A stretch of 64,000 nt of DNA from Deferribacterales bacterium (GTDB lineage Bacteria > Chrysiogenota > Deferribacteres > Deferribacterales > Geovibrionaceae), in contig JBFWLW010000008.1 of assembly GCA_050251945.1 (NCBI GenBank), positions 58,538-122,537 of the forward strand, given 5' to 3'. Each line of letters opens with the position of its first letter. Within the stretch, counting starts at the first letter, position 1. The notes under the pieces were generated by a model. That model searched no databases. It worked only from the letters and a program-made list of their open reading frames with translations, and had not been told where the DNA came from. Both the position numbers and the translations under genes were made by a program. Below, piece by piece: positions 19,110-28,268 of this stretch.

Positions 19110-20030
19110 ATGAAGAAGAAATATACGGTCATGATTTTCGATGAGTCACGACTCGGCGAAGTAAAGACCCGTAAGTTCAGCGGACGCGTTGTTGCCGGTG
19201 TTCTTGCCTTCAGCGCCGTTTTTGCCGCTGTATCGTGTGTCGGATTTTACAAACTCAGCCAGCTCCACAAAGAAAAAGCAGTTCTCCTCACATATAAATC
19301 AGAAAATGAAAAACTCAAAAATCAGATTGCCGGCTACGAAAACCAGATGGTCGTTATCAACGACAAGCTGGCTTCCGTTGTCGAGCTTGAGGAGAAGGTC
19401 AGAGGTCTTGCATCTTTCGGGGGCAAAGCTCTCGGCGAAAAGAAACAGCTCGCAATGGGCGGTAAAGAGCTTGACCCGGTTACTGACATAACAAAAGCAA
19501 ACGAGCAGAAGGATAAGGACTATTTCAAAGACCTTTCCAACACCCTTTCAAGCCTCGGTTCAGACCTTGAAAAAAGAGCGATGAGCCTCACAGAGCTTGC
19601 CGACATGCTCGAAAAGCAGAAACTCGTTTTAAGTTCAACACCTTCCATCTGGCCGACAAGCGGCTGGATATCAAGCCGTTTCGGCTACAGAATATCTCCC
19701 TTTACAGGAAGACGCGTATTCCACGAAGGTCTTGACATAGCTGCAAAATACGGCGCACCTGTCCGCGCAGCGGCAAAAGGCACCGTTATTTTCTCCGGAC
19801 GCAAGAACGGATACGGCAAGATCGTCATAATAGACCACGGATTCGGCTATATGACAAAATATGCTCACAACAGCAATATACTTGTTAAGGCGGGACAGAG
19901 AGTTTCCAAAGGTGACAGGATAGCTCAGGTGGGCAACACAGGACGAAGCACAGGACCCCACGTCCACTACGAAGTGCTTGTTAACGGAGTTCCGGTGAAT
20001 CCGGCGCGCTTCATTGTCGGAGCGAAATAA
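19110..20030 (+). CDS. M23 family peptidase with coiled coil
   Basis: HEGLD, YAH, GRSTGPHVHYEV; N-terminal TM helix. Confidence 0.92.
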   Translation: MKKKYTVMIFDESRLGEVKTRKFSGRVVAGVLAFSAVFAAVSCVGFYKLSQLHKEKAVLLTYKSENEKLKNQIAGYENQMVVINDKLASVVELEEKVRGLASFGGKALGEKKQLAMGGKELDPVTDITKANEQKDKDYFKDLSNTLSSLGSDLEKRAMSLTELADMLEKQKLVLSSTPSIWPTSGWISSRFGYRISPFTGRRVFHEGLDIAAKYGAPVRAAAKGTVIFSGRKNGYGKIVIIDHGFGYMTKYAHNSNILVKAGQRVSKGDRIAQVGNTGRSTGPHVHYEVLVNGVPVNPARFIVGAK

Positions 20031-20043
20031 GACACATCATCAC

Positions 20044-20069
20044 AGCCCGCTTTCAAGCGGGCTTTTTTT
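20044..20069 (+). terminator. Intrinsic terminator
   Basis: AGCCCGCT-TTCA-AGCGGGCT followed by a T-run. Confidence 0.85.
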
Positions 20070-20106
20070 ATCACATATTTACAGTTCAGGTTTGAAGTGA
20101 AATCCC

Positions 20107-20276
20107 TAGAGCACTTAACGCAGGTTATGTCGTATACCGAAAGACGGGATTGCTTCACCCTAAAGGGGTTCGCAAAGACGAATAGAAAGCCCGTCTTCGC
20201 GAGGAGCACAGCGACGACGCGATCCCGCATTTATCTTTTTGCTCGGCATATGACATCTATTTCGTTAAATGCTCTA
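20107..20276. mobile_element. 170-bp MITE-like element carrying two REP-like units
   Basis: Terminal inverted repeats TAGAGCACTTAACG / CGTTAAATGCTCTA (13/14 match) with TA at both ends; internal opposed CGTC units. Confidence 0.65.
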
Positions 20277-20279
20277 AAT

Positions 20280-20930
20280 TTATATTCCGCTGAATATATA
20301 TGCAACATTGGTCGTGTTGCTGCCCGTTACTTTTCCGCCGGAAACACAGTCACCGTTTGAAGCGGTCCAACTTGCTCCTGCAAAGGCGTTTCCGCTCAAG
20401 CGCCTTATCTTCCCCGTTGATGCACCGTTATCGGAAGCGGGCGTATCTGAATCGACACTTATCTCCAGAGCAAAAGCGGCGGCACATTCCACATTGCGAA
20501 GAACAACCATATTCATCGGCACACTGTTTCCAGCGCTGTCGGTGATCGTTGTTCCTGCGAAATACATATACCCGCCCCGCTGTGTCGATGAAAGCTGGCT
20601 GTTCGGAGTGCCGGAGGGTAAAAACCCGAGATTTTTGAGTTCGTCAAAGGCAAAATCCGCATCGCCTGAGTTTCCTGACGTATTATCGGGAATTGCGGAA
20701 TTAAGGGTCTGAAAATCTATGATACCGTCGTCATCGCTGTCTCCGGCGTATCTTCCTGTTCTTTCAATGAATTTATTCTGCGCATCTACAAACACAGTAA
20801 CATCTGCGGCAACCTTTTTTCCTCTGGAATTTTCTATCAGTCCCAGTCCCCTGATAGCCATCGTTATGATAATACCGATTATAACCAGCACAATGGCAAG
20901 CTCTACCAGAGTGAAGCCCTTCGCAGACAT
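20280..20930 (-). CDS. Type IV pilin-like protein
   Basis: KG|FTLVELAIVLVIIG class III signal peptide; C-terminal Cys pair; GAGGTG RBS. Confidence 0.9.
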   Translation of the reverse strand: MSAKGFTLVELAIVLVIIGIIITMAIRGLGLIENSRGKKVAADVTVFVDAQNKFIERTGRYAGDSDDDGIIDFQTLNSAIPDNTSGNSGDADFAFDELKNLGFLPSGTPNSQLSSTQRGGYMYFAGTTITDSAGNSVPMNMVVLRNVECAAAFALEISVDSDTPASDNGASTGKIRRLSGNAFAGASWTASNGDCVSGGKVTGSNTTNVAYIFSGI

Positions 20931-20938
20931 TGAACACC

Positions 20939-21994
20939 TCATCTGTTTATAACAAGCATAAATACAGGACCCTCGCCGGTATTTTCAGCGGTAAGCTTTC
21001 CGCCCATGCCTGCCGCGACGTTTCGGCAGTGAAAAAGCCCTATGCCCAGTCCGTTCACCTTGCCGGAGAAGAATGGTTCAAATATCTTTTCGCAGTCGGC
21101 AATTGGCGAGCCTGTGTCTCTGAACTTCATCACATAACCGGAATCATTCTCCGAAACATCAACGAAAAGGCTGATCCCGCGTTCCGATATGCTCTTATCA
21201 TAGAAGTTCTTTATGATATTTTCAATAATAACGGTAAGACCTCTTTTGCGCGCAGTTATGACCATATCAGCAGGCGTGGCGGAATGGATGCTCACCCCGT
21301 ATATCCCCGCCGCGTCGGATACTATTGTCATAGGCGTAAGCTTTTCCGGCAGACTGTCCATCTCCGGCTGTGTACTGTTGAGAGCTGACAGTATCTTGTC
21401 CGCACGCACCTTAAGACCCGGCAGGCTCTTCTGCATATATCGCACAAGTCTGCGGTATCCGGCGTCGTCTTCCACCTGTTTCAGATTGAATTCAAGCACG
21501 TTGACAAACTGGATGAGATTTTTAACATCATGATTGATAAAGGTCTGAAGCTCAACTGATTTACGAAACGCTTTCTGTGCCGCCGTGGTCTGTATGTTAA
21601 CATCCGCTTTCAGCAGGAGGAATATGACCTCCACAAGCACCTTGGTTATAAAATCCGACTCTATGAACCTGAATCCCGGAACGATATCAATATATACCGT
21701 GTATTCCGCGGTATGAACGAACTTTGTCATGGATTTTTTCTGCGAAACGTTTCTGCGAACATATTCAACATTATGATAGAAAAGATAATATCCGAAATCT
21801 ATGATACCCGCCTTTTTAAGGAACGGTTCAAGGTGGCGCAGAAGCATAACGGGATCGAATCCGTCCACCTCGTTCATTTTAATAAGCTGGGAAATTATAC
21901 CTAAATATCTGTTGGTGACGTACTTTACTGAAAGATGGCTTAATATGATTATCAAACCGGCAGTGACAAGGGCAATGACGAGATAATCAAGCAT
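20939..21994 (-). CDS. Sensor histidine kinase (PrsK-like H box)
   Basis: HDVKN, ENIIKN, DTG, IFEPFF, GLGIGL; N-terminal TM helix. Confidence 0.88.
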   Translation of the reverse strand: MLDYLVIALVTAGLIIILSHLSVKYVTNRYLGIISQLIKMNEVDGFDPVMLLRHLEPFLKKAGIIDFGYYLFYHNVEYVRRNVSQKKSMTKFVHTAEYTVYIDIVPGFRFIESDFITKVLVEVIFLLLKADVNIQTTAAQKAFRKSVELQTFINHDVKNLIQFVNVLEFNLKQVEDDAGYRRLVRYMQKSLPGLKVRADKILSALNSTQPEMDSLPEKLTPMTIVSDAAGIYGVSIHSATPADMVITARKRGLTVIIENIIKNFYDKSISERGISLFVDVSENDSGYVMKFRDTGSPIADCEKIFEPFFSGKVNGLGIGLFHCRNVAAGMGGKLTAENTGEGPVFMLVINR

Positions 21995-22586
21995 CTGGCT
22001 TTCTGGAGAGGTTGAATTTTTTTATGAAATAATAAAGGCTCTCCCGTTTAACGCCGAGTATCTTTGCAGACTGGTAAACGTTGAACCCCGTGTCGTTAAG
22101 AACTTTGAGAATAATATTTTTCTCTGCAAGCTCTCTCAGCTTTTGCAGACCGTCGCCTATCTTAACCTGAAACTCTATCTTTTCGACGCCCTGTTTCTGG
22201 AGTTCCTTTTCAGTGGAGATAAAAAGTTCCGCCCGCTCTATGGAATAAAAGAGCTGTTCCATCTTTACAGGTTTCAGCAGGAAATCAAACACTCCGCGCT
22301 CCAGAGCGCTCATTGCGCACTCTTTCGTGGACTGTCCTGTCAGCACTATTATCTTGCATTGGGATATGGAAAGAAGGTTTTCTATGACCTTAAGACCTTC
22401 AATGGGGCTTTGCTCGTTAGGCGGCAGACCGAGATCCACAACAGCCACGTCAAAAGTCGTCTTTTCAGCTTCCGCAATGGCATCGGGAGCATTTGAAGCC
22501 TCTGTCACATCATATTTTTTTTCCATGGCGAAACAAAGCTGGCTTCTTATCGCCTCGTCGTCTTCGACTACTAATATTCGCAGCAT
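21987..22586 (-). CDS. Response regulator, REC plus Fis-type HTH, no AAA+ domain
   Basis: VEDD, DLGLPP, LTG, KP; C-terminal NVYQSAKILGVKRESLY. Confidence 0.9.
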   Translation of the reverse strand: MLRILVVEDDEAIRSQLCFAMEKKYDVTEASNAPDAIAEAEKTTFDVAVVDLGLPPNEQSPIEGLKVIENLLSISQCKIIVLTGQSTKECAMSALERGVFDFLLKPVKMEQLFYSIERAELFISTEKELQKQGVEKIEFQVKIGDGLQKLRELAEKNIILKVLNDTGFNVYQSAKILGVKRESLYYFIKKFNLSRKPDA

Positions 22587-22636
22587 TTTAACATCAATTC
22601 TCTTGAAATAGTTTGATTGCCATAGTATTGTTGCTT

Positions 22637-24016
22637 ATGAAATTATTCAGTGCCGAACTGTCGGGTTCCGGCGGGACAACAACTGCTAAAGCCGTGGTAA
22701 TGCAGAAAAAAGGCAGAGCCTTTTCCATGCTTAAATATTATACCACGGATGTTGATAATATCCAGCATCTTTCCAAAGGAATGCCCTTAAACATTGGAAT
22801 AAATTATTTCGATACCATAGAGGAAACGGTCACACTCCCTCCTGTAAAGGATTCCGAAACGTTCAGAATAATTTCGATGAACAAGCTGAAAGAGAACATG
22901 GATCCGTCTGTGGAATACCTTATGGCTTACAAAGCGAACGCGTCCGCTCTGCCGGATTCATCGGGCAGTCTGACATATAAAGTCCTGCTGGTTCCCTCCT
23001 CAATGCTTTACGAAGATTCCGGATTGCCGGAAGAGACCATGGGACAGCTCAATATGTTTACTGTTTCCGACTTTGCACTGTGCGCGCTGGTAAACAAATA
23101 TTTCCCTGACAGGACAGTGTTCCACGCATTTGCAGACGAAACAAGGATATGCGTGACTATCTGCGTCAACGACTACATTCTGTACACAAGAAACAACCCC
23201 ACCGAAAAAGGATCGAACCTTTTAAGTGCATATTACGAATATCTTAACCTGACATACATGTACGCGACAAAAAACCTGAGGCTGAAAATTGACAATATCG
23301 TATTTTCCGGCAAACTTGCCGATATGAGCGAGCTTGTCACCATGTTTTATGAGTTCTCCGGAGTCGCGCAATCCACCCTTATCCCTGCCGGAGTGGTGGA
23401 AAACTGCCCCAACGACATCTTTCAGGAATACATGATACCCATCTCGCTGTGTTATCTGGACAGCGCATACGACATGACCCCAGCACCAATCATAAAAAAA
23501 CAGGCGACGTCCTATGCGACAGGCATAATGAACGTCGCGGCACTGCTCTGCATCATGCTGCTTCTGTTTATGAATATGTCCGCACTGGCAAATCTTTACG
23601 AAAACAGAGAAACTATGACACTGCAGGCGCAGGCGCTTAGCGGAAGGATAAAAAACTATCTCACGGAAGTGTCAACGGGACACGGAAAGCATTTCGACCT
23701 GCACTATTACCGCACGCTGGAAAAGAGACAGCAGAGCGTCCCGAGGGAATTCGGCATGTTCGCCCCTCTTCTGGCTCTCGGGAACTTTGACATAGTCACC
23801 TTCGACGCGTCAAAAGACGGCGAAAAAACCGTTGAGATAGGCGGCACTCTCCATTTCGGAAAACTGGCGCAGATGGAGAATTTCAAAGAATCGCTCGAAA
23901 GCAAACTTGCCGGAATAACAAACGGAAGCGGCTATTCACTGGATAACGGAACCGTTTTCAAAACAAACGAAATGTCTGTCACCGTAAAACTCCTCTTTAA
24001 GAAAGGGGGCGAGTGA
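22637..24016 (+). CDS. Pilus alignment-complex protein (PilM/PilN- or MshI-like)
   Basis: First gene of the secretin operon; cytoplasmic domain, one TM helix, periplasmic domain. Start codon uncertain. Confidence 0.55.
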   Translation: MKLFSAELSGSGGTTTAKAVVMQKKGRAFSMLKYYTTDVDNIQHLSKGMPLNIGINYFDTIEETVTLPPVKDSETFRIISMNKLKENMDPSVEYLMAYKANASALPDSSGSLTYKVLLVPSSMLYEDSGLPEETMGQLNMFTVSDFALCALVNKYFPDRTVFHAFADETRICVTICVNDYILYTRNNPTEKGSNLLSAYYEYLNLTYMYATKNLRLKIDNIVFSGKLADMSELVTMFYEFSGVAQSTLIPAGVVENCPNDIFQEYMIPISLCYLDSAYDMTPAPIIKKQATSYATGIMNVAALLCIMLLLFMNMSALANLYENRETMTLQAQALSGRIKNYLTEVSTGHGKHFDLHYYRTLEKRQQSVPREFGMFAPLLALGNFDIVTFDASKDGEKTVEIGGTLHFGKLAQMENFKESLESKLAGITNGSGYSLDNGTVFKTNEMSVTVKLLFKKGGE

Positions 24017-24543
24017 TGCACCGCATCAGGCAGGCGTTTCAAAGTTATAAGCTTCTGATAGCGTTCAGCAGTATGATATTTACCCTTTCCGTTCTGCTGA
24101 TATGCATTGAGACAGTCAACAGCTCCATGGAAGATAACATTACAGACCTGCGCAGAACCGCCGCGCAATACAAGCCCGATAAAACCCGTGAAAAGCTCAC
24201 TGAGCTTGAAAATGCGCTTGATGCCGCAAATCCGCCGTATCCCGCGCAAATTGAGGCGAAAAGGCTTCTGCTTGAAACACTGGAAAATTTCCGCACTCTT
24301 TACGGCGGAAAGATTCTCAACGATATAACGGATCAAGGCGGCTCTTTCAGCGCCGATCTGGAATTTGAGATACAGCCCACAGACCCCTCGCAGATAACCG
24401 GTATAATCAACTATCTCGAAAACAGCATAGCTCCGGTTATAACAGTAAAAAAACTCTCTTTTTCAAGGTCTAACGACAAAAATACCGTACGTTTTCTCAT
24501 AAGCGCAAACCAACCGTATTACGGCGGGGTCTATGAATATTAA
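24013..24543 (+). CDS. PilO/MshJ-like membrane protein
   Basis: N-terminal TM helix plus coiled coil; operon position. Confidence 0.55.
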   Translation: MMHRIRQAFQSYKLLIAFSSMIFTLSVLLICIETVNSSMEDNITDLRRTAAQYKPDKTREKLTELENALDAANPPYPAQIEAKRLLLETLENFRTLYGGKILNDITDQGGSFSADLEFEIQPTDPSQITGIINYLENSIAPVITVKKLSFSRSNDKNTVRFLISANQPYYGGVYEY

Positions 24544-25075
24544 AAAACTTAAAAAGCTGACCACTGCCTCATATATCAAACTGTCGCTCCCCCTGGCAGT
24601 GCTTTTCTGTGTCTTTTTCCTCAGGTCTGTGCTAGAGTCTTCCATTGGCAACATGGCTTCTGAGAGGTTCGACAGGATGCTTCAGGTGTTTAATATCTCC
24701 ATTCCGGAAGATGACGCAAAATTCACCAAAGCACTGACAACAGGAAAAGATCCACAGGTCATGAAGCCTTTCAACATGTCGGTTTATCTTACAAATCCGT
24801 TTATCAGCAGTTTTTTCAACAGAGTCTGGCAGCAGCCCGTTCAGGAAACACCGCAAGGCGCTCCTTCGGGTCTTCAGGCTGTACAGCCGCCCGCTCCGGC
24901 ATACAAAATATCCGCCGTTATGAACGGCAGAAATAAGAAATGCGCAGTTATCAACGGCAGGCTTGTTAATCTCGGCGGAAATGTCGACGGCACAGTCCGC
25001 CTGACAGCGGTCGGCGATTCAAAGGTTTTGCTGGAAGGGGATTGGGGGAAAAAATGGTATTACGTTCAGTATTGA
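24533..25075 (+). CDS. MshK/PilP-like protein
   Basis: NPF motif and AVINGRLV.LG..V C-terminal domain; precedes the secretin. Confidence 0.6.
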   Translation: MNIKKLKKLTTASYIKLSLPLAVLFCVFFLRSVLESSIGNMASERFDRMLQVFNISIPEDDAKFTKALTTGKDPQVMKPFNMSVYLTNPFISSFFNRVWQQPVQETPQGAPSGLQAVQPPAPAYKISAVMNGRNKKCAVINGRLVNLGGNVDGTVRLTAVGDSKVLLEGDWGKKWYYVQY

Positions 25076-26664
25076 TCTTTCTTCTGGCACTCTCGCTCGT
25101 TTCATGCGCAACAACAGAGGAAAAGAGACAGACAGCAGTAATGATGCCCGATTTTTCAAAGGCACAGCCCGTTAAACAGCTTGCGCCGCCTCCTCCGCCT
25201 GTGATAGCAAAACCCGTGATAGAGAACGATCCGCTTGAAAACGTCTACGTTTCCGTTGACGCAGTTGAGCAGAATCTCTCCGCCGTGCTTTACATGATAG
25301 CCGCGGAATCCGGTCTGAACCTCATCATCGGACCCGAAGTCAACGTCAGCAAACCTTTCACCCTGACAGTCAAGAACATGCCCGCCAGAGACGCTCTGGA
25401 CAGCGTATGTGAAAATGCAGGCGTCGCATATACGATAACAGGCAGTACGTTAAAAATTTCAGCTTATGTGGCAAAAACATACAAGATACCGTACACAACT
25501 GTGACCGCTGACCAGACCTCCACCATAGGCGGTAACATATTCGGTTCGGATTCGACCTCCACCGAGCTTAGCGGCGATTATAAGATAACCTATTCAAAAT
25601 CCGGGATACTGGCAAACATGCAGGCAAACGTACTTGCAGCGGTATACGGGATGATCTTCCCTGACACAGCCGACGAAAACGGACAGCCGCAATCGGATTC
25701 AGGCGGCTCTGCACAGCAGAGCGGAGACACACAGCCGGCTTCCGGCAGTTCCGGCAAGTCCGGTTCAAAATCAAAAACTGACAGTTCCGCATCATCATCA
25801 TCAGGCACCATGCAGACAAAACTTTCATATTACAGAGGTCTGCGCGGATACTCCTTCAATACTCTTACAGGGCTTTTAAGGGTTTATGCGCCGCCCCACG
25901 TTGTACATATGATCGACGAATATATCGAGCAGACCGTTAAGGACGCTTCCAAGCAGGTTCTCATAGAGGCGAAGATAATGGAAGTGGTGCTTACCGATTC
26001 CAGCGCTTACGGCATCAACTGGACAAGCGAAAACGGAAGGTACGGAGTTAACCTCATCGGCGACATCATCGGCTCTCAGACACCAGTGGGCGTTGTGCAG
26101 TCATATGACAACCTGTTCGAGTTCATAGCCACACAGGGGAGGATAGAATCACTCGGCAACCCCCGCATAAGAGTGCTGAACGGACAGAGCGCAATGATAA
26201 CCTCCGGTCAGCTCAATCCCTTCTGGGAAAAGAAGGTTGACAACGACACGGAAGAGGACACCCAGACTATAACATACGAGCGCTCCACGGTGCTTGACGG
26301 AATAACACTGGGCGTCACCGCAAACGTTATGGACGACAACAGGATAACCCTCCACGTTGTTCCGATACTCTCAAGCATCGAAGACGTTGAATATCAGTAC
26401 GAACTGGATGAGCAGGGCAACTCATACTCGGTCGCCAGCTACCCAAAAGTAAACATGAAAGAGGCGGGAACCGTCCTTACCGTCCAGAACGGCACAACAA
26501 TAGTCATGGGCGGTCTCATAACCAATAAAGATGTTGTAAGCGAGCGCAGGATTCCCATTCTTGGAGACATACCCGGTCTGGGGATGCTTTTCAAAGCGCG
26601 CTCAACGGAAAAAGAAAGACGTGAACTCGTGATATTTATTACAACGACGCTGATAGACGGGTAA
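25054..26664 (+). CDS. mshL: Secretin, MshL-like lipoprotein
   Basis: Lipobox LVSC; QVLIEAKIMEV, GINW, NPRIRVLNGQ, IPILGDIPGLG.LF, ELVIFIT; Ser/Gly-rich insert. Confidence 0.88.
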   Translation: MVLRSVLIFLLALSLVSCATTEEKRQTAVMMPDFSKAQPVKQLAPPPPPVIAKPVIENDPLENVYVSVDAVEQNLSAVLYMIAAESGLNLIIGPEVNVSKPFTLTVKNMPARDALDSVCENAGVAYTITGSTLKISAYVAKTYKIPYTTVTADQTSTIGGNIFGSDSTSTELSGDYKITYSKSGILANMQANVLAAVYGMIFPDTADENGQPQSDSGGSAQQSGDTQPASGSSGKSGSKSKTDSSASSSSGTMQTKLSYYRGLRGYSFNTLTGLLRVYAPPHVVHMIDEYIEQTVKDASKQVLIEAKIMEVVLTDSSAYGINWTSENGRYGVNLIGDIIGSQTPVGVVQSYDNLFEFIATQGRIESLGNPRIRVLNGQSAMITSGQLNPFWEKKVDNDTEEDTQTITYERSTVLDGITLGVTANVMDDNRITLHVVPILSSIEDVEYQYELDEQGNSYSVASYPKVNMKEAGTVLTVQNGTTIVMGGLITNKDVVSERRIPILGDIPGLGMLFKARSTEKERRELVIFITTTLIDG

Positions 26665-26666
26665 AC

Positions 26667-27794
26667 ATGAGCCTTATACTTGACAGCCTTAAAAAAGTGA
26701 ACAGCACGAAAAAGGCAGGAAACGCGGTACCCCCAAGCCTGCTCAACCTGAAACCTTCAGGCGGCAGAGGCAAAGGACCGAGAAAATCACTTCTGGTTCT
26801 GCTCGCCGTTACCGTTATCGGCTTTCTCGCTGTGCTCTTCATACCCACGGGCGACAGCAGATATAAGGTGAACGCCGCAGACGATATTAAAAAAGATATC
26901 CCGCAGGCGGCGCAGCCGGTTGCTGTCAAAACACCCGCCACGGACATTCAGCCGAAAGAAGCTCCCGCACCCGAATACGACCCCACTGCTGTCAACAGAC
27001 AGAGACTTGCCGCGATGAACAGTCTTCCGGAGATAAATAAACCCGGGCCTGCCGCCGCTGCGGTTCCTATTCCCGAACCACAGCAGACTGCACCCGCACC
27101 GATACCGGAACCCCAACCGGCAGCACCAGCAGCAGTGCCGGCACAGACGGTTCAGCAGAGCAACCCTTCGTTTGTTCTGACAGGGCGCGCAAAAAAAGAA
27201 TACGACCGTATGATAGACTACAATACAATGACAGCGCAGGCGGCATCCGCCCTTCGTTCCGGCAACAGCAGAAAAGCAGAGGAGTTTTATGCGAAAGCAC
27301 TGACTGAAAAGGTGACAAAACCCTCTGTAACAGGACTTCTCACCGCAAAAATACGGCAGGGCAAGGTGAACGAGGTGCAAAACGTCCTCAATAACTACTC
27401 ATACACTGCCGATTCGTCTGTCATAAGCGCCGCGGCTCTTGAAATGTCGGATATGGGATACACGGAACAGGCGCTGAACCTGCTTTCTGCGAATTCATCT
27501 AAAGCGGGCAGCGGACAGATATACTACACGGCGGGGATAATTCAGGAAAACTCCGGCGACTACGCCAAAGCGGAAACCGCATATAAAAAGGCTGTACAAA
27601 ACGTACCCGGCGACAGTTATTTTCTTTATGCCTATGCGCGCATACTGGACGTTCAGAAAAAATATGAAGATGCACTGATAAGCTATGCAAGACTTGCCGA
27701 AATGCCTTCCGCTGAAAGCGGACTGAGAAACAGCGCACAGCAGCGCGCGGCGGCGATTCAGACATATCTGGATTCTATAAGAAAGGATAAATGA
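26667..27794 (+). CDS. TPR protein (MshN/GspB-like)
   Basis: MSLILDSLKK N-terminus, TM helix, Pro/Ala linker, TPR-like repeats. Confidence 0.7.
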   Translation: MSLILDSLKKVNSTKKAGNAVPPSLLNLKPSGGRGKGPRKSLLVLLAVTVIGFLAVLFIPTGDSRYKVNAADDIKKDIPQAAQPVAVKTPATDIQPKEAPAPEYDPTAVNRQRLAAMNSLPEINKPGPAAAAVPIPEPQQTAPAPIPEPQPAAPAAVPAQTVQQSNPSFVLTGRAKKEYDRMIDYNTMTAQAASALRSGNSRKAEEFYAKALTEKVTKPSVTGLLTAKIRQGKVNEVQNVLNNYSYTADSSVISAAALEMSDMGYTEQALNLLSANSSKAGSGQIYYTAGIIQENSGDYAKAETAYKKAVQNVPGDSYFLYAYARILDVQKKYEDALISYARLAEMPSAESGLRNSAQQRAAAIQTYLDSIRKDK

Positions 27795-28208
27795 TCAGGA
27801 ACAGAACCCGCCCTCTTTCATAAACCGAGCAAGCTTTTTGTCATAACCCATTATGTGTTCCACAAGCCATTCCTGCAAAAGCACTCTGAGCCTTTCCACC
27901 ACCTCTTCGCTATGCCCTTCCGCGATAAGTACCTTGTAGCAGGTCATAAGCTCGTCCACAAGTCTTCTGTGGTCGTTCAGGTGTTCGTTAAAATCGGGGT
28001 ATCCGTATCTCTTCATCAGGTCTTCTTCCGTTCCGAAATGGAAGCGGACATATTTCAGAAGATAGTTAAGGGTTTTGATGGTAACTTCATGACCGTACAG
28101 TCTTTCGAGACTTTCAAAGTATGAATTTATGTGCTTGAACAGATCCTTGTGCTGGGAGTCTATGGTCTCGTTTCCGCTGACAAGGCTTTCACTCCATTCA
28201 GCTTTCAT
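27795..28208 (-). CDS. Bacteriohemerythrin
   Basis: IDSQH, HFGTEE, H..DH, HI..YD iron ligands; GGAGG RBS before ATG 28208. Confidence 0.92.
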   Translation of the reverse strand: MKAEWSESLVSGNETIDSQHKDLFKHINSYFESLERLYGHEVTIKTLNYLLKYVRFHFGTEEDLMKRYGYPDFNEHLNDHRRLVDELMTCYKVLIAEGHSEEVVERLRVLLQEWLVEHIMGYDKKLARFMKEGGFCS

Positions 28209-28268
28209 AATTCCTCCGATATTAAGTAATAAAAACTGATTATAGCGGATATTTATCAAAATGCGAAA

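Noticed and set aside
25680..25810. Ser/Gly-rich low-complexity stretch in the secretin (also the Pro/Ala repeats at about 27050-27150)
   Set aside because: Ordinary disordered linkers typical of MshL-like secretins and MshN/GspB-like proteins.
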